A DNA stretch of 63,974 nucleotides, the filler included, from Intoshia linei (taxonomy: Eukaryota; Animalia; Orthonectida), in NCBI GenBank assembly GCA_001642005.1. It is 8 parts of 8 records of this genome, joined end to end, with 100 filler letters (N's around TTAATTAATTAA, not from the genome) between each part and the next. Parts side by side here need not be neighbours in the genome. Positions count along the whole stretch, not along the records: positions 55,074 to 62,522 come from LWCA01001553.1; positions 62,623 to 63,974 come from LWCA01002654.1; 6 more parts are not named here. One strand, written 5' to 3'. The position numbers and the translations under genes are program-made. Of this stretch, positions 55,668 to 63,974 are shown one piece after another. Each line of letters opens with the position of its first letter. Position 1 is the stretch's first letter. Below the pieces are notes generated by a model. That model did no database searches and had not been told where the DNA came from. It saw nothing but the letters and a program-made list of their open reading frames with translations.

Positions 55668-56737
55668 ATATGGTGGACCTGGAGTAAATATGGTGTCATC
55701 AAGATGGAATTTTGACTTTCGAAATTACCTAGTTTCTAAATATAAAATAATTATAATATCTATTGACGCACGTGGAACCCCAAGAAATGGAAGAAAAGTA
55801 GAGAAAGCTATATATAAAAAATTTGGAGTTGTGGATGTTCAAGACCACACCGATGCCATAGAGTAGCATTTAGATAAAATTATACATGTAATATTATAAT
55901 ACATTTATTTATATAGAATAATTTCTGAAAAATTTGTTAAAATCGATAAATCAAAAATAGGTCTATTTGGAATAGTAATATTTTAAAATTAAATATGAAT
56001 TTGTTAATTAACTTTTTAAATTAATAAATTTAGTCATATGGTGGTTATCTGACATTGAATCTTCTTAACTCAAATTCAAATTTGTTAAATTGTGGAATTG
56101 CGGGCTCACCAGTCACTGATTTTAGATTTTATGGTAATTTAGTACGATTATTGATATTTATTGTACATTTTGTATACTATTATTCATTGTAATTAATGAT
56201 TAAACATTTTTATTCTAAATAAGAAATAATTAAATATCAATAAAAATATTAATTTTTTTCAAACAGATGCAGCATATACTGAAAAATATATGGGATTTCC
56301 AACCACACTCGATAATTATATTGGATATGAGGTAAATTTTTATTTTGTTTATCTATAGATTTTATTATATAAACAATAATTTAGAGAGCTAGTATTATTA
56401 ATAATTTTAATAACATTAAAAAACCTATAAAGCTATTGTTAAATCATGGATCCGGTGATGGTAAATTATAAATTTATTTTTATTTAATTTTTTCAATTTT
56501 CATAGACAATGTACATTACATTAATTCCGCTAAATTAACTGATAAATTGATGAAAATGAATATAGATTTTACATTCCAAGTATTTGTTTCATAAAAAATA
56601 TTTATACTAAAATGTAGGTCTACCCTGATGAACGCCATGGCATTGGATCATCTTTATCCATATCTAAATATTTTTGGAAGAAAAATATACAGTTTCTTTT
56701 AGAAAAATGTTGGAATTTTAAAAATTCTTCTTTGTAA
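55668..56737 (+). CDS. Dipeptidyl peptidase IV family (S9B) catalytic domain, 3' exons
   Basis: Exons 55668-55862, 55917-55974, 56034-56133, 56267-56331, 56385-56460, 56506-56579, 56618-56737. Motifs YGGPG, IDARGT, GI|SYGGY, YTEKYMG, HGSGDDNVH and DERHG. Confidence 0.92.
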
Positions 56738-57549
56738 TCCCAATTTGTATTAATACATATATTTTTCTCTATTTTCTTAATTTAAAATAATTATGTTAAC
56801 ATATATTTGAATTAAGTTTTAAATTAAGATATTTACATTATTAAATTACATTGTTAACCTCATTTTTTAAATTAATCAAATTTTACATTTGAAATACAAT
56901 GTGTATTTAAAATTTGATATTCGATATTTAAGAACCCGCTGCTCAGGAATCACACTAATTAATTTTTGAATTAAAATTTAAAATTACTATGACTATTGAG
57001 CAGAGGTGCTTATATATTAAAGCTATATATTATTATTTCAATATGTTGAGGTTTCGTTAAATTTCTAAGTATTTACAAAAAAATTCACCATGTTTTTGTA
57101 CATATGCTTTGATTTTAGCTTTAGCTTTCGTTTTGAAGACGAATAAATTGAATTCAACGGTATAAGAACAGATTTTGTAAACTGGTATCTACTGTTTAAC
57201 CTCCTCTGATATAATTTCTCGAAACATTTTACTCAAGACGTGACAAGATACTTTTTTCTCAACTTTTGACCATGTAACTTGCATAAAAATATCACTCTGG
57301 ATAAACTGTATTAAAAATTGGGTTTTTTTAAATTCTAGGATTGTTAATTTTTCAAATAAAAGATAACACACAGATATTCAATTTTATATAAGTAAACTAT
57401 AAAAGGCACTCAAAATAAATAACTCCCTAAAGCAAGGGTTTTCCATTATTTTTGTAAAAGGGAAACATATTTTTTAGAATTGTAGTTAAAAAATGTATGA
57501 AAATATTTATTTTTAAGCTCATGTTTCTGCATATATTTATCGTATATAC

Positions 57550-58246
57550 CAAGGGTTCTCAACGTGGGCCATAGAAAAATTTCAACCTTAAAAAAAAATT
57601 GGTGTTTTAAGCCATAAAATTTCTAACCAAAACAAAATCAATATATGCATAGTAAATTTGAAATATAAATTTGGAATTATGGTTTACAGATCTTCCAAAC
57701 TTTTAACCAGATGATGAAACCAGTCCTGAACTAACTGAAAAACTCTTCGACTTAAAAGAAGATTTAAAATTAATAAGACGAATAAAAAAGGAAAATGTAT
57801 TTGAATTTATGGGAATTCAAAAATCAAATCCAATTGTGTTTGATTATGTTTAACCAAGCATTATTGCTTTTTCTACAACATGGCTTGTAGAAGCTGGATT
57901 TTCAGCAGTGGTCGATATTTTTAGTAAGAATAGATCAAAATTGGATGTGAATAACCGAGGAATAATGCAATTAAGATTGTATAAACTAATAGAAATTGAT
58001 TACGATTCATTGTGCAACAAACACCAATGCCAAGGCAGTCACTAACAGTTAGTGACTAACTAGTATAAATTTAAATTTACTTGTTGATTATTATTTTTAA
58101 CACTTTTCTTGATACTTTAAAATTTAAATAAATAAAGCATTTTACGGTAAATAAAAGTAGATATTTTAAAGTTTTTTTAAGGTGGGCCATGGAATTTTAG
58201 GCAAAACTTTTTTGGGCCATGACCTGAAAAAGGTTGAGAACCGCTG
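57550..58246 (+). mobile_element. Internally deleted hAT (Buster/Charlie-type) element
   Basis: Perfect TSD GTATATAC and TIRs CAAGGGTTCTCAAC / GTTGAGAACCGCTG. Transposase C-terminus FSTTWLVEAGFS..HQCQGSH*. Confidence 0.9.
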
Positions 58247-58639
58247 GTATATACTGCACAAAACAGTGTTATTTTTCTTAAACAAATATCAAACAAAACA
58301 CTACATTTACAGTATTAAATTTTCGTGTTACATTTTTAATTTATTTACAATATTTTAGTACTGATTTTACCCTTAGATTGCGAATGTATTGTTATTTAAA
58401 ATTTAATCTTTAAATTTAATACCTATTTTTAAACTACCTAAGCCTAAGTATAAAATTGAATGTTATCCACTTTTTAGTCAGAAACAAAGATTTTAGGCTA
58501 CAGTTAACTTTTATCGACCTTTATGTAATGTTTTGATAGAGTATTAAGGTAGAATAAATAATGCTATACAGCGATAATGTAATCTACAGTTCTGGTTATA
58601 AGAACTTTACAATAATATATTACTGTATTAACATTACAC

Positions 58640-58955
58640 CTTCATCACCAAATTATTGCCCGATAAGGAATTTGAAGGTTTTCTGCAGTCATTGCGATTA
58701 CGGAGTTTGTATATAGATTCTTGCTTTAATTTTCTTTAAGGGATAAGAGAAAAAGTTTCAGTAAAATAACTTTTTGATTTTTGAATATGTTTGTCAAAGT
58801 TACGTTTTACTCTTTTGTTATGTATAGATTTACTATAATGAATTTGATCAGATATTGTTATACGGTCTTTTATATTGTGAGAATACATATCATACCCTAG
58901 AACTACAAGAGACGGTGAAACTCCTGTTTTAAATGATACCGTTGATCGCAATCCA
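58640..58955 (-). mobile_element. Ty3/gypsy integrase C-terminal remnant
   Basis: RSTVSFKTGVSPSLVVLG resembles the integrase R(T/S)T..TG.SP motif. Confidence 0.45.
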
Positions 58956-59093
58956 ATCTTTTCTTCGCCAAAATTACACATATTGGATTGTGTATCGAGT
59001 TGGTCAATGAGCTTCCAGATAGTAGGATGAATCAATTAAAATAAATCTTAAAATCAACAAAACCATAGACTCATAAAATATCATCCTCTAATC

Positions 59094-59406
59094 CAGTGCT
59101 TTCCAACCGGTGTGTCGTGACACTTTTGTGTGTTGCCAATGATTTCCAGATGTGTCGCCAAACTTAAAATTTTATTTTTTTTAAATTCCATTAGCACAAT
59201 ATACAATTGGAAGACATAAAAATGCAAATCAAAGGTATTTTTAGTGATGATGATCAATTTTACATAACTTATTTTCAGATTATTATTAGAAAAAAATTGG
59301 TTCAACTATATTTATTAATCAATCGCTTATTTTTTTGATTGGTGTGTCGCGAAATTTTTTGAGATTGAAATATGTGTCGCCAACCAAAAATATTTGGAAT
59401 GCACTG
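59094..59406. mobile_element. hAT MITE
   Basis: CAGTGCTTTCCAA...TTGGAATGCACTG with TSD CTCTAATC/CTCTAATT and subterminal TGTGTCGC repeats. Confidence 0.88.
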
Positions 59407-59970
59407 CTCTAATTCATTTAATATTCCATCTCAAGTTTTGTTATTAATCCCCACTGGGGATCCCCAGCTTAAATTCTTGTCTTGAGCAATTCATTAATTT
59501 TATTAAAACATATAAATAAATGCAAAGTAATCTAGCATAGCTAGAATACTGAAAATATCAATTAATAAATGTACATTTAAATCATTACATAAGTTAATAA
59601 AAGATTTAATACGATATTAATTTTAATAAAAATATTTATAAAAACGATCATGATATAAACGAAGTTTACTAAATTAATCGTGATAAAAACTAACATGATT
59701 ATAATAATCGTGTTAAAAAATATGTGCACCGAAATATATCGATTTAAAACGAAAATTGGAAAATTATATTTTCTATGTAAAAAAACAATGAAAACAAGTA
59801 AGGTACTAATCTAGGAATTAACAAAAATAATGAAATTAAATTTACGCAATACGAAAGCAATAATACAATTAAATATCTAATTTAATATATATTATAAATC
59901 TATTTGTATAATATATTCATTTCTAATTTAATAATATATTACTTAAACATTTATATCATTTATATAAAAA

Positions 59971-61055
59971 ATGTCTTCTGATACATTGAAAAGAATGCCC
60001 TCCATACTAAAAGATAGTGAATAAAACGGAATAAATTATCGATGCATAGTTAATACAGAAACAATAAAAATTCTTGACAAAATAAATTTTAAACGGGAGG
60101 ATGTATTTGTAGTCACATATCCTAGATCTGTTACAGCTTTAGCAGACAACATGTTATCGTTGTTGCAACAAAATGATAATAAAACGGAATATATCAGTAA
60201 CAAAAACAAAAATTTTTTTGATTTATCTCAATGCATCGAAGTTAAAACGGGTCCCAATTCAAATTTTGACATTATAAATAGCGACAGAAATCCAACTATA
60301 TTCAAAACGCATTTACACAGTAAATATTTATCTCAGCCTGCAGAAAAAAATAATTTTAAAATTATCTATGTAATCCAAAATGTAAAAGATGTCATGGTTT
60401 CATTTTACTATTTTTCAAAGTCCTTTTTCTTTACAGGTTTATATGCAGAGCCAAACCTACCGTACTGAGATCCTCTTGGGAGCGCGATGAAATTGTAAAA
60501 TGGGGTCTCATTATTCCAAATTGAGCATTAAAAAATTCAATTCTTGGAGGTCATAACTATTTTCTGTGTTAAATTTAAAGTATCAAGTCAAGAGCTTTAT
60601 AGAGTCGTTATGGCTATATGGTACGATGAATAGTTGTGAAAAAAAATTTAGTGGCCCATTTTTCATTTTCTGATGTCCTCGAACTCGGTAGCTTCGGCTG
60701 TTTATATATACCAAAAATTTTAAATTTATGATAGGAAACTGGGAAGAATGGTATATTCTGTTTAAAACAAAGAAAATGTATTTTGGCGATTACTTTGACC
60801 ATGTTAATGGTGGGAAAAAATATATAAAAGCAAAACAAAAATGTATTTATTGTTTATTATAAGGATTTAGTCTATAACGCGGAAAATGAATTAAAACGAA
60901 TGGCTGAATTTATGGACATATCAATATCTCCAAACATTATCACTAACATTGTCAAAGAATGTTCGTTTGTCAGTATAAAGGAAAATTATAATGCTGATAT
61001 CATAGAAAAATTTAAAAATGATAATTATTTTAGAAAAGGTATTGAAGGTTCTTAA
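59971..61055 (+). pseudogene. Cytosolic sulfotransferase (SULT) pseudogene, apparently intronless
   Basis: DVFVVTYPRSVT, IFKTHL, IYVIQNVKDVMVSFYYF, FGDYFDHV and YFRKGIEGS*. Early TAA at about 60022, a frameshift near 60830 and a MITE insertion. Confidence 0.88.
60436..60712. mobile_element. MITE inserted in the SULT coding sequence
   Basis: Imperfect 27-nt TIRs GGTTTATATGCAGAGCCAAACCTACCG / CGGTAGCTTCGGCTGTTTATATATACC. SULT homology resumes after it. Confidence 0.7.
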
Positions 61056-63203
61056 GAGGTTAATATTTATTTTTGTTATTTTTTAACATGTTTAGAATTT
61101 AATCACTGTTCAACAAAATAAAGAAATTATTAAAAACAATGATTTAAAATAAAATTTTCATTTTTCATTATTATTTATTCATATGATTTCATATTACCGA
61201 TAAGTCTTGGGATTTGATGAAAACGATAAGACGCAAAGTACAGATTAATATTGTAGTGGTTCAATGATAGATAGAGGAATTAAAGCTGAAGTTCAATCGA
61301 AGCTTGTAGGTTTAAGTCCCGAATCTAACAAATAATGTTTAATAAGTAAGAATTACAACTGTGATAACAGGCTTAATATAAAAGTGAAGTTGCAGTTCAC
61401 TTCAATCTGAACTGTAACTTCACTGTTACAACAAATATATAAAGTATTTTGAATCATGTATGCGTTCTAAATGCATTTATCATGGTTCTGAGATTATTAA
61501 TTTTGTCTCTTACGGTAAACCAGTGTTTACCAACCTTTTATTTGTCATGCCCCACTTTTATCCTTACGAAATTTCCAAGCTCCACCATAATTTATAACAA
61601 ATATTTTCATGTGGTGTCCATAGCAGATTTTTTACGTTTATATATTACTGCGCAACAAATTGGGGTAAAAAGTTAAATTAAAATTTAATATACCTAAATA
61701 TAAAATACAATAAACCGAATTAATTTGTGAGTTTTGAGTTTGGTGTAAATATCTTTAGTCTATCAAAAATATGCGAATTTACCAAAGTTTAGTTTATCTT
61801 GGTCAAAAATTATCATTGCTGTAACTTTACCTGGTAAAGTTTATCACTGTGTTTCAATGGTAGTTATAAGTTATAACTTTAAAGTTAAATGTGATAAATT
61901 CCTGATATAAATGTGATTGGTCAATGATCACTGATCATCATTATAATCAAAAACGCATGTAAAAATATCTTTAAAAATATATGTAAATTTTAATAAAAAT
62001 TGAGCTTATCAATGAATATGTAACAATAGAAATCATTGAAAACTAATCAATTTTTTTGTTCTAAAATTTTTAAAGTCCACTCAAATTTTCTAAGCCACAC
62101 GTTGGGAATCACTGTCGTAAACGGAAAAATGTCTTTTCATTTTTTAAAAAAAAATCCAATGGAAACTACAAATGTAGATAATTTTTTCTTTATTTCATAC
62201 CAAGGTATTTTCAATTTTAGATAAACGGTATCAAGGATACATTACAAACAGTGATTTAATATATATGCACTATTAAGTGACTGTGACCATAATTATGTAT
62301 GAAATGTATGATAAAACATGACCAAATATATTAACATTAATTTATGAATTATTTAAAATCATATTAATAAATTTTCGGCTATTTTTGTGTTTTAATTTAT
62401 GTGTTTTCTGAAAAAATTAATATGTTATTAAACTTTGTGTACTTAGTGTGAACAAGAAGAAATTTTTATTAAAATTAATTAATTAAATAATTTTTTTTTA
62501 ATTATTAGACAAATATTATATTNNNNNNNNNNNNNNNNNNNNNNNNNNNNNNNNNNNNNNNNNNNNTTAATTAATTAANNNNNNNNNNNNNNNNNNNNNN
62601 NNNNNNNNNNNNNNNNNNNNNNAAAAAAAAAAAAAATTTTGATAGAGCTTATTTCAGTTGATATAAATAGAAAATGTCAACCCCAGAAATCTACGCATTC
62701 CCGGTGAAAAATAATTTATAATTAATAATAATAATAGAAAATGTAAATATTGATCCTACAATTTCAAAAAAATGTGCATTGTACGTCTACCACATTTCCA
62801 ATTATAATAAAAATCTATATACTTCATTCCTTCGGAATTTTTTTCATTGCTACGCAATTTTTAAATTCTTATTTTCAAAACATTTTTATTAACAGTTCGT
62901 GACAGCTATTGTGCTAGGTGAAAAATGTAACCTTTCCAATTGAATTCAAACTTTCTACCCCTTTACATCTCTTGATATGGTGTATATATCTGTAGTATCG
63001 TCACAGATACTAACTAAACTTATCTTATTCTACTATAAATATAAACAAGTTATCACTCAAGAATTTTTCCAATAATGTATTAACTTGTAAATAGTATATA
63101 CTTAATTTACTTATTTTACTTATTTTACCTTAATTAATTAATAAACGTATTTACAAGATTATTCGACATGAAGAATTCGAATACGAGACCAGATGACAAT
63201 TGA

Positions 63204-63974
63204 ACATGTTTATCAATTTGGCGAATAAATGCCGAAACAATAGATTTGAATGTTAATTCCGAATTACGCGAATCGGTGATTCTAACGTATAAAGATGAAA
63301 ACATCAAAACAAGTATATTAATAGATACAGGATCATCAGTAAATCTAATAAATACTGAAACACTAAATAAATTTACTCCAACGCCAAAATTAATTCCATT
63401 TAAAATTAATTTAATTGCTGCAAATGGAACAATATTACCTCAGTTAGGTACGTTAAAACTTAGAATCAATGATGAAATACTTACCTTCTTTGTTTCAAGA
63501 TGCAAAACCAACATTTTAGGCCTTAGGGATAGTTTAAAATTAAAATTTATTTGCCGTCCGGTACACAAAATTGAAATGGATAATGTGGACGAGAACAAAA
63601 TAAAATATGTTAATCTTCAAATGGAGCAGATAACGCAAAAATATGCACATATCTTTAATTCGAAACCAGGCACGATATCTAATTGTAACCACAAAATTGA
63701 ATTAATTGGAGACCATAAGGTCTCAAAATGCCCAATATATCCTGTCCCTCTCCATCTTCAGGAAACAGCTATGAAAATGCTAAATGATATGTTGATGGAG
63801 GGTATTATTGAGAAATGTCCAGATTCTTGTTATCGTTCACCGTTTATGCTAGTGAAAAAGGCAAATGGGAAACACAGATTTGTGGTAGATTATCGTAAAC
63901 TTAACGAAATTACCAAACCCAATTCATATCCAACCCCGAATATTAGGTTATGTTTGTTAAATATGTCCAAAAAG
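63204..63974 (+). mobile_element. Ty3/gypsy pol (aspartic protease and start of RT), open to the window end
   Basis: ILIDTGSSVNLI, NILGL, SPFMLVKKANGKHRFVVDYRKLNEITKPNSYPTP. No stop seen from 63204. Confidence 0.9.

Overview
Very AT-rich animal nuclear DNA. It is made of 8 contig pieces joined by identical 100-nt spacers (N44-TTAATTAATTAA-N44), and the pieces do not look contiguous. Genes have tiny GT-AG introns (mostly 31-45 nt) plus a few TE-filled kb-size introns. Together with motile-cilium genes and invertebrate-code mitochondrial sequence, this suggests a reduced ciliated invertebrate such as an orthonectid (Intoshia-like); that is inference only. Genes reconstructed by hand-splicing: a fibrillar-type collagen with COLFI domain (3' part), an NDR/STK38 kinase (complete), an endophilin-A N-BAR gene (5' part), a Deltameth_res/COX7B-like gene, a Hydin fragment, a weakly CEP44-like gene, intronless Kintoun/DNAAF2, Six3/6 (complete), an SLC5 fragment, a DPP4-family 3' end and a sulfotransferase pseudogene. 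There is also a rearranged cox1::nad4-trnY-trnT mitochondrial insertion. The rest is dense, often nested transposons: Ty3/gypsy, hAT, Tc1/mariner, piggyBac-type, foldback/Mutator-like and putative Helitron. I see no clearly new multi-gene system. The most unusual items are the chimeric NUMT, the interrupted collagen, a long-TIR element enclosing a gypsy fragment, a gene apparently nested in Hydin, and a C-terminal eh1 motif on Six3/6.
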